Source: Isurus oxyrinchus (lineage: Eukaryota). Taken from it: 64,000 nucleotides of DNA. Positions 38,861 through 52,461 of this stretch are shown here, piece after piece. The stretch spans positions 138,756,001 through 138,820,000 of the forward strand of contig JANJGN010000009.1 of the NCBI GenBank assembly GCA_026770705.1, in the 5' to 3' direction. The notes below the pieces were generated by a model that saw nothing but the letters and a program-made list of their open reading frames with translations, made no database searches and was not told the origin of the DNA. Positions within the stretch are counted from its first letter, which is position 1. Each line of letters begins with the position of its first letter. Position numbers and translations under genes: made by a program.

Positions 38861-39985
38861 ACAATTTAACTGGCAATATGAAAAGTAAACAAATACAGGA
38901 ACCTTTAGATAACTAATCAAAAGTGACAAAGCAAATACTTTCCAAATTAGAGATGTTTCTATAAGTACTTCAGAATGAAACAAAATGGGTTATATTGTAT
39001 ATTAAAACTAGATAAGTTTAAACATTAAGGTTCATTGAAGCAATATTGGGTCAGATTTAGTTTCACATAATTTGATCTGATCTTAGCCCAATAGATTGCT
39101 AACCACTAGAATCATTCCTTTAACATTGGCAAAGCAAAACTTGGTTGAGGAAAAGATCTGTTTTAAACATCTCCAACAAGAAGAAGAACTTGAATACAAA
39201 AGAGAACATTAGTGATGACTGAAGTACATTAAACTGCTAGATGAGGAACATGGATATATAGGAACTTTAACAGATAAATGTCTATCTGACAGACAAAGGT
39301 AGCTGGTAACCAAGGACAAATCTTGGGTTGCTATGGGATCAGCAGAATGGACTGGTAAAAAAAAGTCTTGAGGTAAGACACCACTGAACAGCAGTATATA
39401 AAATGTATTATAAAATAACTCCACTAAATTTTGAACCAGTCATGAGTAAGAGGTATAAACATGCCTGAGGGAATCAATTACTGAGATGAGCTTATGAGAA
39501 ACAAGAAGGAAGTGTGGACGCAAAGAGTATAAGAGGTAAAACAACAGGCAGAATTTTTGTTCTGACTTTAGGATCCTGCATCATGTGTATATGAATGGCC
39601 AGGGATCATGCTCAGCATCCAATTAAGGATGGTGGGTGGATTCCCAATAATGGAGGACTACTTGAAAACCCTGCAGCATTGAGAAGATGGCACCCAAATG
39701 TCAGAGCTGGGAGTTGCTGATGTAGATAGGAAAGAGAGAGCAAGAAAGAGGGCACCTCCATCTTGATGACTTTTGGAGAAGGTGAGAATACAACTGCCAA
39801 TTGTCTGCTACTTTAAGGTTGAGTATCTCGCAGATTCACACAACCGAGTTGATCATGCAGAACCGCTCATCAAATTTATAGATCTAAGCGCCATCATCAG
39901 AGACCTTCATATTCCAAAGACTATTCCTGTACTTAAAGAAAACAGACAAGCTGAACTCTAAGAAATGACTCAATGTATTTATGTT

Positions 39986-40274
39986 TGTTGTTTGGGGTGG
40001 TTTAATTTAAAATAAAATCTTTAGTTTTACACAGGGCAAAAGGTGTAGCATTCAATTGCTTGGTGTTTATTTGCGTGTGTCTATTGACTCTCCTCTGCAA
40101 TGTATGTGATTAGTTAAGCCTGGGTGTGGTTACTTAGAAAAATAAACAAAACAGAGACAAGCAGCTGTAAGCAGGTGAGAGCAGACATTTTAAAGCATTG
40201 AATAAAACTCTTGGTACACACACAGAAGTTGGACAGTGTCATCTCTGCATATCCCAGAGGCATAAAACATAACA
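39986..40274 (+). repeat. Possible solo LTR
   Basis: tgtt...aaca ends and an aataaa about 70 nt from the end; no clean TSD found. Confidence 0.35.
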
Positions 40275-40759
40275 CATAGGTCCACCTGTCAGTGATTGTA
40301 ACGCAACTAACTATTGTTAAGTGAGATATGGTTCAAATTTGGAAAATTATTGAATCTTTACATATTGCCGCTTGTCAGGTTTCGAAGATAATTATTTTAG
40401 GAACACCATATAGTAGAATTAGTCAGGTGCCTTCTAAGTATTGTCAGAGCGTAATAAGGTTGCTGAAAGTTAGTTACATATTAACACTAAAATTGCCCTC
40501 TTTAGCAGATACCAACCTAGTGGCACCTTTTGAGTATAGATCACTAAATTCCTATTGATCCTTTACCTGTCAATATTATTATTTATCTAGTTATGTTAGG
40601 AAATACTGAAATGTGATACATGATTTACAAAAACCAGAGACTAAGTGCATACATATAATGCATCATTAGGGAATATGTTTAATTATTTCATAATGTAAAG
40701 AAATATTTTCATGATTATGTATTAAAATTCTGAATTTTCACTTCATCAAAGAACTTAAC

Positions 40760-42180
40760 GATCCCATCAATTATGGGATCTGCTGGTGAAGATTGTAGAA
40801 TTTTCTGAATAGCTACCCACAAGTGCATCCCTCATTTGACCAATGCCATGTTTGCCAGGGCTGACATCTATGTACATTTCACATCCAAAGAGACCAGTCA
40901 GAATGAGCCAGCACTCTACTTTTGCCATTCTTGCGTGCTTTTCAGAGGCCCTTTCACTTTTGCGGCCATCAAAGGACTGTCAGATCACCCTGGAATCTTC
41001 ATCAACTGTGAGGTTCTGCTCCATCAATGTTCAGCTCAACCGCAACCACCATAAGATCATCATATATGTCCACGTCAAATTCCAAGAACTGGGGAAGGTT
41101 GGTGGCATAGTGGTATTATTGTCACTGGACTGGGAATCCAAAAGACCCAGGGTAATGATCTGGGGACCTGATCAATTCCCATCACAGCAGATAGTGAAAT
41201 TTGAATTCAATAAAAATAAATCTGGAATTAAAAGCCTAATGATGATGAAATAGTATTGTAAAAAAAACCCATGCCCTTTAGGGAAAGAAATCTGCCATCC
41301 TTACCTGGTCTGGCCTACATGTGACTCCAGACCCACAGCAATGTGGTTAACTCTTAAAATGCCCTCTAAACAAGGGCAATTAGGGATGGGCAATATATGC
41401 TGACTTAGCCAGTGACACCCACATCCCATGAACAATTTTTTTTTAAAAGAGTGATGCATAAACACTGCACCAGTCAAAGCTTCTGAAGTTATTCACTTGA
41501 AGCTGAGTTGGTAATAGAGTTATAATTCAGCAAGCAATCCAGATGCCTGGAGTGATTCGGGAGCATTCCTTCAGTATGTCAGTCCAGTGTTGTAGCCTGC
41601 TGCGCCTTGCACAATATTGTGCAGCATTGAGGGGTGGAGGAAGAAGGTGATATGGTGAAGGATACAGCTACTGCATACATGGCTACTGGGAATGCCCAGG
41701 CCAGTATGATTCAGTTGTACTCTGTCAAACTGAGGCATTGCAGCCAACTGGCACATAATATTGGAACTCACAGTGTTGCCTGCCCTAGCCTACAACAAAT
41801 AAACAGCCTCACCTTCACGATTTCATTCCTTTCACAGACACCCATTTAACTCTTGCCCTCCCATTCTAAGTGCTTCAGGAGAGAAAGAGACAGACAGGAT
41901 GGTGCGATGGTGACTCTCACCACACTAAGTACAGGATGTTCCCCCTCTTCCAGGTCTTGGCCACCTTGATGTCGAATGCTGCATCTGAGAACCTGTGCAC
42001 CCTGTCCATTGGCCATTCTACAATGTGCTGCCTGTGCCAAAAAGGGCACTTCACATCTTCAGTGGCAGTGGGTGCAAGGAGCCCACATGCTGCTTCATGA
42101 CAATTACATCTAATAGGCACTTGAGTACGAAACTACAGATGTCTGGTTTAGCAACTCGAGGCAAGTTCAAATTATAGTAA
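40760..42180 (+). mobile_element. Harbinger relic D: transposase (+) with convergent Myb start (-)
   Basis: AMFARADIYVHF...FCSINVQLNRNHHKII (40836-41085), VVACCALHNIV (about 41590); minus-strand MDRVHRFSDAAF at about 41970-42010. Confidence 0.7.
41097..41448 (+). mobile_element. Full-length tRNA/Deu-domain SINE (SacSINE1-like)
   Basis: ggtggcatagtggta head; Deu body aaatctgccatccttacctggtctggcctacatgtgactccagacccacagcaatgtgg; LINE-shared tail gggcaattagggatgggcaat...cccacatcccatgaa. Confidence 0.9.
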
Positions 42181-42344
42181 TCAGCAATTAGGGCCAAATT
42201 TTTGTGCTAAATCCAGACTTTCAAATAGGTGTGCCTTATTAGCAAAACACCCTTTGACCAAATTAACCCTAAAGTTGGGTAGAAGATCAAAGAATTTGAG
42301 AGGTACAGTTGCACAAATCACTCAAAGATATGGTACATATTATT

Positions 42345-43660
42345 ACAGCCATAAAAATGCAAATAAAGCACTGGGATTCATTTCTAGAGTCTTAAGATTG
42401 GATATTAATGTGGTGGGTAATGTAATTGGAGGGGTAGGGGGTGAGTGCTGGGGTGAAACTTCAGACAGAACTCACTCCATGCTGTGCAAGTTTTAATTCC
42501 GCAGTGTGTGTCTTTTGTACTTGACAGGTTTCCCACCTGGAGGTCAATGTGATTAACAGGCTTGTCTTCCAGTTGGGTGGGGAGGACTATAAAGCATGCC
42601 ACAAGAGCAGGTATGCCTGCTCCATGAACCCAAGGGAGCTGAGTTTCTGCTTTTAAGGAGGGGTTTCGATTCCCGACCCTTGGGAGGATGGTGGATTTTG
42701 GGGGAGCTGGTCAGATGGGGTGGGAGCTCAGGGGTCTAGGGCAGGAGAGAAGCTCTCCTGCACCTCCTGGACCAGAAGCAGTTCTGTAAGGACCTTTATC
42801 TTCTCCTCGGTGTTCTCCTTGCTTCCCTTCAGCTATCAGGTTTCCCAAGGAAATCTGATCGGCCACTGTTAAACCTGCAAAAGCAGGTTAAATCAGAGGC
42901 TGTTGGTCTCATTAGAATATTCAAATTACCTACCTGTTCCCTTGCCTTACCACTGTTAAACTTGGAAGTGGGTGGGTTGGGGCCAGGTTGGGGGCGGGTT
43001 TCAGATGTTTAACTTTAACATCTGATCCAATCCCAAACTGCTCATTGCTGGCTGTTAAAATTCAGCCAAAACAATTGAAAACTAGAGAAGTTATGTTAAA
43101 CTTATATCAAACCTTGGAGTCCTAGCATAGTGCTAGTCCCTTTATTATAGAAAGGATATAGAAGCACTGGAGAAGGTGCAAAACATTCACAAAGATGATA
43201 CCAGACCTAAGAGATTATGCATATCAGGAAAGACTGGACAGACTGGGGTTCCTTTCTCCAGAAAAGAGAAGGCTGAGGAGTGACCTGACAGACATATTTT
43301 AAGATTGTGAAAGGGTTTAATCACGTAGATGTACAGAAGATATTTCCATCTGTGGTCAAAACTAGCAGCCAGAAATATAAGACGATCACTAATAAATCCA
43401 ATAGGAATTCAGGAGAAACTTCTTTATCCGGAGAATGATTAGAATGTGGAACTCACTACCACAAGGAGTTGTTGCAGCAAATATCAGTGATGCATTTTAG
43501 GAGAAGTTAGATAAACACACAGAGAGAAAGGTGCTGAAGGTCATGCTAATAGGGTTAGATGAAGCAGGTTGAGGAGACTCGGTGGAGAATAAACATTGCC
43601 ATAGACCTGTGGGCTGAATGGTCTGTTGCTGTGCTGTACATTTTAAGTAATGCTATGTAA
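42345..43660 (+). mobile_element. CR1 3' fragment split by an old MITE (about 42395-43048)
   Basis: gcaaataaagcactgggattcatttctagag joins aattgaaaactagagaagttatgttaaac...; insert ends aaaattcagcc; CR1 3' UTR to tatgtaa. Confidence 0.75.
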
Positions 43661-44467
43661 CAGTAATGAAATGTAATGAGGCCTGTCTGGAGGTGCCTTT
43701 TTCAAGGTAATGGAAGGGAAAGCAGAATTGCATTTCAGCAGTATTTACACTTGACCTGAAAGTACAGATAATGCAGTACTAATAATGATAAATAGTAGAC
43801 AAACCTGGCATTGTTCCAAAACTATGATTCTGGAATAAAGGGAATTCCGCACTAACAGTAGAATAACATGTAAGTACTTTTGTTACTGTGTCTGTAAACA
43901 AAGCAGAAACACATGAAGGCGAAGGAAGGAATGGCAAGGATTTTTATGTAAATAATACACCTGATTTTACATCACCCCAGGCCCTGTGGCATTACAACAT
44001 AATTGTCAAGAAATTGGCCATAATGAGTCTACTTTCAAAGATTTACAGCAAATAACTATTGGATGCCTTTTAGGAACATATCTTCTACAACATAATGTTA
44101 GTATATTGCTTACTGATGGCTGTATTGATATGTTTTGAAATTGGGTTTACTGCAATTTGTATCACATTATGTTAACCAAAATGTTCATATAAACATGCTT
44201 AAGCAAATAAACTACATAATCTATTTCCATAATTGTTTTATAGTGCCACTAAAAACAGGAAATTAATTAGCTTAATAAATCTTTATTAATTAAGGAATTC
44301 AAGATAAGCATTAAACATACAGACAGCAGATAAGATAACTACCATTGAAACATGTCAGGAGAAGACATAGATGTTATGTCACACTGCACACTCCCACCCT
44401 GTTTCTTTCCACTGCCTTGCATTTTTCCTTAATTGGAGCAGCTCAAACTCAAACAAAAAATAATATA

Positions 44468-46345
44468 TTTTTTAATTCATTCATGGGGTGTGGGTGTCGC
44501 TGGCTAGGCAAGCATTTATTGCCCATCCCTAATTGCGCTTGAGAAGGTGGTAATGAACTGCCTTCTTGAATGGCTGCAGTCCATGTGTTGTGGGCACACC
44601 CACAGAGCTGTGATGGAGGGAGTTCCAGGATTTTGACCCAGCAACAGTGAAGGAATGGCAATATATTTCCAAGTCAGAATGGTGTGTGGTTTAGATGGGA
44701 ACTTCCAGTTGGTAGTGTTCCCATGTGTCTGCTGCCCTTGCCCATCTTTATTGTAGCAGTCGTAGATTTGGAAGATGCTGCCTAAGGAGCATTGGTGAGT
44801 TATTGCAGTGCATCTTGTAGATGGTACACACTTCTACCACTGTGTATCAGTGGTGGAGGGAGTGAATGCTTGTGGATGGGGTGCCAATTAAGCAGAATGC
44901 TTTGTCCTAGATGGAGTCAATCTTCTTGAGTGTTGTTGGAGCTACACTCACCCAGGCAAGTGGAGAGTGTTCCATCACACTCCTGACTTGTGACTGGTGT
45001 AAGGAACATACCTTTTTATTTTCTGTTGGAATGGGGATTAAAATTACAATGGCTGCAGGTTGAAAGACATGTCCACTGGAACAGGATGAGAAATATATAA
45101 ATGTTGTAGTCCTGGAACAGACTGTGCCATGAAAGACAGGATGGTGCCAGAAAGGATTCCTGGGCCAAGGGAGCTGCCTGGCAAAACATTTTAATTGGCT
45201 CCTGACTAGGTGACCAGGTTTTGTCTAAGAGTAATGCTGCAGAATAGCTCCTAGCCTGAAAGGAACAAGACCTACAACCTCTTTCTGCTGTGTGTGGAAG
45301 ATTCCAGTAATTCTGCAATAATGGCTAGCTGGCTTTTTCTCCTCATATCTCTATAACCTGCTCTTTCTCTGAAAACTCCTGTCAAGAGGCAAAGGGGAAA
45401 ATCACTACTGGAGACATTGAAAGGTAAGTGCTCAACCAGTGATTAGTGAAAGTGCTAGAAGACCACCTTATGTCATCAACAAGAATTTAAAAGAATTTGG
45501 AAGACATTGATCAAGATCAACCCATCAAATCCTGCACTCCAGAATTGGTGCTATTGAACTGTTTCATCCCACTCTTAAAATCCATGTTTTTGTGTGTCTT
45601 ATGTGTCTTGTATGTGTGTGTATAGGGATTTAAGAAGGACTAGAGTTTAAGTTATGGAGTTAGAATTTAGAAGTTCATATTTCCTTCTTTTGCCACTGGT
45701 TAACAACAGTTTGTTCAATAAGCAGTTATTTACTTATTAAGTTTACAAACCTGGTGCTCATCTTTTGTTAACCTAAATTAAACAGTTAGGTAGAATTGGG
45801 ACAATATGGGGATTTGGCCAAACTTTTTCACATTTGTCGTGGCTTGAGGAACAGTGGGACTTAATATTACAGCACACTATCCCCAGTGAGTCGTGACACT
45901 GGTAGATGGTGGACAGGCTTTGGGGAGTCAAGAGGTGATATCACAAGATACCTAGCCTCTGACCTGCTCTTGTAGCCACAGTATTTATATGACTAGTTCA
46001 GTTCAGTTTCTGGTCAATGGTAACCCCAAGGATGTTGATGGTAGGGTTTCAGTGATGGTAACGCCAGTTAATGTCAAGGGGCAATGGTTAGATTCTCTCT
46101 TATTGGAGAGGGTCATTGCATGACACTTGTGTGGTGTGAATGTTACTTGCCACTTGTCAGCCCAAGCCTGGACATTGTCCAAATCTTTCTCCATTTGGAC
46201 ATGGACTGCTTCAGGATCTGAGGAGTCACAAATGATGCTGAACATTGTGCAATCATCAGTGAACATCCCCACTTTTGACCTTATGATGGAAGGAAGGTCA
46301 TTGATGAAGCAGCTGAAGATGGTTGGATCTAGGACACTACCCTAA
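44468..46345 (-). mobile_element. CR1-clade LINE (Deu-SINE partner family), 5'-truncated, interrupted by solo LTR
   Basis: Tail at 44468; ORF 46003-46272 GMFTDDCTMF...DLDNVQAWADKWQVTFTPHKC. Confidence 0.9.
44998..45898 (+). mobile_element. Solo LTR (901 bp), 4-bp TSD
   Basis: TG...CA ends (tgtaag / gtgaca), TSD ctgg at 44994-44997 and 45899-45902, aataaa near 45717; LINE rejoins across it. Confidence 0.85.
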
Positions 46346-46779
46346 GAATACCCTTGAGATAATACCATATGCAATTTCTTTCTCTTTCAGATTTCTTTCT
46401 TCTTTAGTTCCATCATCATAATTTGTTTTTTCCAATCTGTTATCTAAGTCGAGCACTGGACATGATTGAGCATTCTGCACTGAGTTTCACTTATTTAACT
46501 CTGTAGAGATGCATGGAGGTCTCTAATTTTAGTAATGCCTGCTAAGTCAGAGGCAGCACAGTCTAAAATTAGGTAATTTAATTGGTATCTTAATCCAACA
46601 TTAACTTATGACCTGACTGATTTAAAACATGTAAGTATATCAGTTATAATACCGTATTATATTCCTTTGAGGCTGTCAGTGATATTTCTATTAAATCAAA
46701 TAAGAGGGGGAACAGTGTTCCATCTGTGCACTAATTCTTCCCCTGGATCTTGATTTAACTCCCAAATCTGATGTAAACT

Positions 46780-47082
46780 TTGTCCAGCTACAACCCTTCA
46801 CAATTTCTATGCTCCTTTAATTCTGGGCACTTGTGTATCCTAATTTTAAATAGTAGAGAAACTCTGACACACTAATTGTGGCCCATGCCCTCAACTGCCT
46901 AGGCTCTAAACACTAGCATATTTTCCCCTAAAACTTTCTGCCTCTCTACCTTTTTGTCCTTCTTTAAAATAATTCTTAAAACCTATTTGTCCTTATACCT
47001 CCTCATGTGACTTAGTGTAAAATTTTGTTTGATAATGCTTTGGAACATTTTACTATGTTATCTAAATGTAAGTTGCTGTTGT
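46780..47082 (+). mobile_element. L2-like LINE 3' end
   Basis: ccagctacaaccc...gccctcaactgcctagg...aaatgtaagttgctgttg terminal motif. Confidence 0.7.
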
Positions 47083-47186
47083 GACCACCGCCGCCCCCCC
47101 CCCCCACCCCACCCCACCTCCTCCCTCCTTGGATGCCCAGTGTACTTTATTATCCCTTCTACATCATTTGAATAACCAGATACAAG

Positions 47187-47797
47187 GGACAGAATTTTGC
47201 CGTCGGTGAGCAGGGGGTGGGGCCCGCTTGCCGACACACAAAATGACACGGGATGTTCCCCCCGATGTCACCGCGTCCTATTTAAATTTTCAGGAAGGCG
47301 GGGGAACAGCAAAATCAGCTGTGCACCCGCCAACCTGTCAATGGCCAATTGAGGCAATTGACAGGATCAATTATACAATAAAAGGACCTGCCCGTCCAAC
47401 CTTAAAGTTGGCGGACAGGCCAGGAGCCCCGGCAGCAACTAGAAAAACCATCAAACCTCATCCACCGGCGGGATGAGGTTTCATGCAGGGTTTTGTTGTA
47501 ATTTATGAATGTGTCCCATCCCATGTGACTTTACTGTCACATGAGGGGGACATGTTAAGGATTTTTTTTTTCTCTATTTTTAATCTTTTTAAAATGTCAG
47601 CGATCTCCCTGAGGCAGCACTTAGCCTCAGGGAGATGTGCGCTCTTTCATGCACATGCGCACCCTTGCTTTTGGGGAATCTCCCCCACCCGCACAGGAAG
47701 CGCTCCCGCAGGATGTCACACTGGGCGGGCCATAATTGGTCCGTCCACGTAAAATGGCGGCGGGGCCCGCCCACCTGACAGGTAGAAAATTCTGCCT
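47187..47797. mobile_element. Harbinger-type MITE, CpG-rich
   Basis: TIRs ggacagaatttt / aaaattctgcct; TSD aag at 47184-47186 and 47798-47800. Confidence 0.9.
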
Positions 47798-48651
47798 AAG
47801 GTGTGCATCTAAGGTTTGGAACTAGTACCTCCTATTCTTCCTAGCATAATGTGAGTCAAATTCAGCAAATGTTTTTCCAAGGTGGCGCTCTGAAACAAGT
47901 CTATTATTGGTACATCCAAGTCACCAAAAGGATTAGAGGCATTTGGGTGTTGTAGGGTGTTGGGTACCTTTCGGAAGGCCTTAATGAAGTCTTTGAAGTT
48001 TTAAGTAGGTTAACTGTAAGTATTTATGCACATATATGCAGTAAAGGGTTCAAACTAGGAGCTGCCTCCATACTTACTTGTTCACACAGCTCTGTCTAAC
48101 ACTAGGCTGACCCCAAGGTGCAGGTCATGTGCTTTCTTAAATTATTGCTGGGCGGTACTGTACTCAGTCCCACATTAACCCTATATGTGCTTGACAATTA
48201 TACTACAAAGGGACAGAAATTGGTGTATTTGATGTCAGAAGAATGGAGAGAGAAGGGAAGAATCAACAGAATGGCATGAGCTGGAATATTTTGAAACCAT
48301 TGTACATTTGTTCTTTTTTGAAATGAATTGAATAGCATGGTATTAGCATGGTATTATAGAGACACACACTCTACAAACACCAAGTAGCACTGTTACAATA
48401 GGTCCGACTATAAATCTAATGTTAAGTTAGAATTGTTACCAGCAGGAGAGAGGCAAACTGAACTTCTTTATCTTCTCTCTATCTGTCTGTAAGCAGAGGT
48501 GCATTTGAATTATTTTTTTAAAAAAGGCTGTGTCATGTATCCCCTAACCCTCAGTTTGTGTAGTCCATATTTATAGGTAACACACAGCAAGCTCTCTTTC
48601 TGATTAACTTAGAAGGTTGGTTTATTTTGCATTGAAACCCGGGAGGGAGGG

Positions 48652-48790
48652 NNNNNNNNNNNNNNNNNNNNNNNNNNNNNNNNNNNNNNNNNNNNNNNNN
48701 NNNNNNNNNNNNNNNNNNNNNNNNNNNNNNNNNNNNNNNNNNNNNNNNNNNNNNNNNNNNNNNNNNNNNNNNNNNNNNNNNNNNNNNNNN
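48652..48790. other. Assembly gap (139 N)
   Basis: Run of n. Confidence 1.
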
Positions 48791-50549
48791 TGGAAAAAAG
48801 GGAGATTTTACAACTATGGGATAACAACAGTAAAATAACCTCAGAAATGAATATTAGTTCATGTGATTTCCAGTGTCCAGAAAGTCGAAGTCCAGGGGAT
48901 GTTTCCTTTGTGGCGGAGTTCATTTTGGATGAGTTTCCGATTGCAGATAGCAGTGCGGAAATCCTTGAAATGAATGAAGATGCTTTTAAAATAAAGCAGG
49001 CTTCAAGGAGTTGAGGGATGGTGGCCAACTGCTTGGTCAGCCAATAGCCCTGCTGTTGTTCTTTTCAAGTTAGAAGCAATCAGCAGATTGACCTATGAGG
49101 CTAGAAATTTCATACTAAAGCTGTCGAAGAGGCAAGAAGCATTGGGTCATGTGGTGTGGCCCATGAATGAGTTAGTTGCAGCTTCACAAATAGTTTCTGT
49201 GCTTCTGTCCAAAATCTATTGTTTCCCTTTGGATTGAAATGATGGCTGTTAACATCTCTTCAGGTATAAGAAGTTTCGATGTTTTCGGGTGGAATCATCC
49301 AGTCCCATCATGGCAGGAGGGGAGGTGGAGTGGGGTGGGGGGTGGGGTGGGGGGGTGGGGATGGGGCTGCGGGGGCGGTGGACAATTTGATGAGAAGGTC
49401 AAAAATCAGTTTCACACTGTTGCGAAACCAGTTTGCGATTGTCCGTTCCACCCATCAATGCCTGGCCACGTTTCCCACCACCACGCATCGGGAACACAAT
49501 TTCAACACTTTAGCATCACATTATAAGCCCTGCTCACTGGAATCATCCCCTAAAGTCAAATCTACTGCCCACATCAGCATGACTTCAAAATGGCATGCTT
49601 CATGACTGCCTTTAAAAGGGGTACACCTGATGACATGAATTTCGAGGGAACTCAGAAGTGACCCACACAAACTTGCACAGCACCCATGAGCATCACCTAT
49701 AGGACATCAAGGAAGAATTTGACGGGGCCACAGGCAAGTTGCTTTTTCCCGGCTGGCTTTCAAATCAGTGCTGGGGCAAAGGCTTCAGTGGCAGGTCAGG
49801 CCAGTGGTGGGGGCTGAGGAGGGGAGAGATAGGGCGCTGGGGGCATGGGCAAGGCAGCACAGGCTGAAGGAATTACACAAGCACATGCTGAATGTGGGAT
49901 TTGCGGTGCAGATGGAGGGACAAGGTGGGGGCGGGTGAGGGAAACGGCCACGCACTTGGGAAAGCTTGTCAAAAGTGAGCATTCTTCCGCAGCTCAGACC
50001 GTTAAGCAGCAGCGCCATTGACATGCTTGGAGACATGCTTGAACATTTTCTGCCCACTGAAGCAATGCAAAAGCATGAAAGAGGTACCAAAGCTCCAGAA
50101 CCTTTCCACTCTCTGACGCAGACTGTAAATTAATGTGCATTTTAGGGGGCAGCAGAACAATTGGCTGACTGGGCAAGTTGTAGAATATCCTTGCGAAAGG
50201 TGGCCATGGCGCAGTCACTGCTGGAGGAGCTCACAGCCCCTTGCAATGTCTTTATTAATGTTTGGACCAGTATCCATTATGGTTCAAGCTAACAGTGCAG
50301 CCTTGCAGTGTGGGTTAGGAGAATGCCTGTGCATGAGCTGAGGGCACAACATGCAGTCCAGTGGCCGAAGCTGTCGCCAATCGGTCAAATAGAGTGGGGC
50401 GGAAGGGGGTGGGGATTTGTACAGCCATGCAGCGTGAAGGCACTTGGCTTGGTAAAGAGAGGAGCACCTTCCTCAAGATGAAGGTGGCCTGCTATGCATG
50501 CAGCTGAAGATTCACAGAGAGCTGTTACTTGTAGACATCTTTCTTGTAG

Positions 50550-51586
50550 ACCCAGGGTCTATAGGCAGCGCCTGTCATTCCTGCAGATGACTGAGAACCA
50601 GTGTTGCTGAAGACTGCTGATGTCTAGGGAACTGGTCGGACACATATGCCACCTGTTACAGGATTTGACGCCATGGGGACATGGGGGGCACCCACTGCCA
50701 ATGGCTGTGAAAGTGACTGTAGAGCTCTATTTTTACGCCTGTGGTCCCTTCCGTGGCTCCACAGGTGACATATGCAGGATCTTGAAAGTCTCCATGCAAA
50801 AATGTATCAAGGAGTTCACGGGTGCCATCTTCGTGAAGACACAAAACTTTGTGCATTTTGCCGGGGATCAGGCAAACCATGAGGCAAGACCGCTGGGATT
50901 TGCGCAGATCTCTGGTTTCCCACAGGTGCAGGGTGCCACTGACTGCACTCGCATGCCGCTTAGGCCTCTGTGGCAACAAGCAGTCAATTATGTCAACCAC
51001 AAGGGCTTCCATTCACTAAATATTCAGCTGGTGTGCGACCACCATGATCACATCCTACAGGTCTGTGCATGATTCCCAGGGAGGAATCCACGACTCCTGC
51101 AGCCTTAACAGGTCTCAGATCCCTGACATCTTCTAGGGACCAGAGAGGCTGCACGGTTGGCTCCTTGGGGACAAAGGCTACTGGCAGAAGACATGGCTGA
51201 TGATGCCCACGCAGCAGCCACAAAATGTAGCAGAGCAATGGTATAATGAGGCACACTCCACAACCCAGGCTTTGGTGCAGCAAAAGGATAGGCATTTTGA
51301 AAATGAGGTTCCGGTGCCTCAACAGGCTCCGTGGAGCACTGCAGTACAGTCCAGCAACGATGTGGCGCATCATTGTAGCTTGCTACGCGCTGCACAACCT
51401 GATGCTGCAATGGAGGGGGCGGACCTGGCTGAGGAGAGCTACATGTATCCTCCGATGAGGAGGGCGTCGAAGGGGATGATGGTGATGAGGTCCGCGAAAG
51501 CGAGGATGCCGAGGATGAGGCCATTGCACTGGCCAGATGAGGCAGATGCACCCAGGAGGCTCTCGTAGCTGTAAGACTTGTGGAGG
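50550..51586 (+). pseudogene. HARBI1-like DDE transposase with stops and frameshifts
   Basis: ORF 50620-51072 FYACGPF...GFPQVQGATDCTRM...NHKGFHSLNIQLVCDH; GWLLGDKGY at about 51155; IGILKMRFRCL...IIVACYALHNL. Confidence 0.93.
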
Positions 51587-51896
51587 TGTGGTAATCTGAT
51601 ATGTAATATACCTTTAAGACAAGCATTGTATTGTAAGGTCACATGATCTTAATATCCAATAGTAGAGTAGCATGGGCTATCTCGTGCAGAATCTTCAGTT
51701 AGTCACTGATGAGGGAAAACAGAGTTTTATGTTGTGAACAACAAGTGTAGCTGCAGAGTTTAGTTTGTAAATAAACAGCATGTGTTCATTCTAACAACAT
51801 CTCTGGATGTTCCCTGTCCCTGTACCAACTGGGTCATCCTGAAACAAGCAACCCAGATCCTTAAGCCCTGCGGAACCAAGGGCTCTAGATCCAACA
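51587..51896 (+). mobile_element. Solo LTR (310 bp), 5-bp TSD, inserted at the transposase 3' end
   Basis: tgtgg...caaca ends; TSD ggagg at 51582-51586 and 51897-51901; aataaa near 51770. Confidence 0.85.
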
Positions 51897-52461
51897 GGAG
51901 GATGATGAGATGCAGTGAAGACAGTCCTGATATCCTCACCTTGCATCTGTGAATGTTTGACTCCAGTGCGGCTGACGGCAGTGCACATGCCCTCAGTGCT
52001 CAGGCTCATGTCATGGAGACACAGCAGATGCCCAAACAGTCACTAGATTCCAGAAGGATGATGAAGACATGGGGACACTCCATAGATCTTCACATAGCCT
52101 CTGAGAATGGCTGGCTCTTGTCTAACAGAGGGCAGCTCATTTGCGCTCTGATCAGAGTCATGTCATGGAGACACAGCTATGAGACTTTAAATGTACCTGA
52201 TCCTTTGTCAGTCTTCAGCACCTATCTCCTTCAGGAACACAGTGCCACTAGTCACAAATGCACACAAAATGGGGGCCAGCCTCACCTCAAATGTGTTGAG
52301 AGCATACAGAGAGAATGGCGGTACTCTTATGCCTGCCCATGAGTGATAGGAACACTGGTCAATATAAGAAGGAGCCAACGGCAAAGAGACAGTCTTGGGA
52401 ATATATTTACAATGGTCAACATTAAGTGCAAGTGATTAACACCCATGCTCATATTGTGTAA

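Noticed and set aside
41097-41190. tRNA gene (also heads at 22210, 23649, 26290, 59984)
   Set aside because: tRNA-derived SINE heads without a full cloverleaf, followed by SINE bodies
48609-49028. ORFs containing X runs
   Set aside because: Artefacts of the N gap
50620-51568. Host HARBI1 gene
   Set aside because: Lies between TIRs, has stops and frameshifts, and has several paralogous relics in the window; a transposon copy, not the domesticated gene
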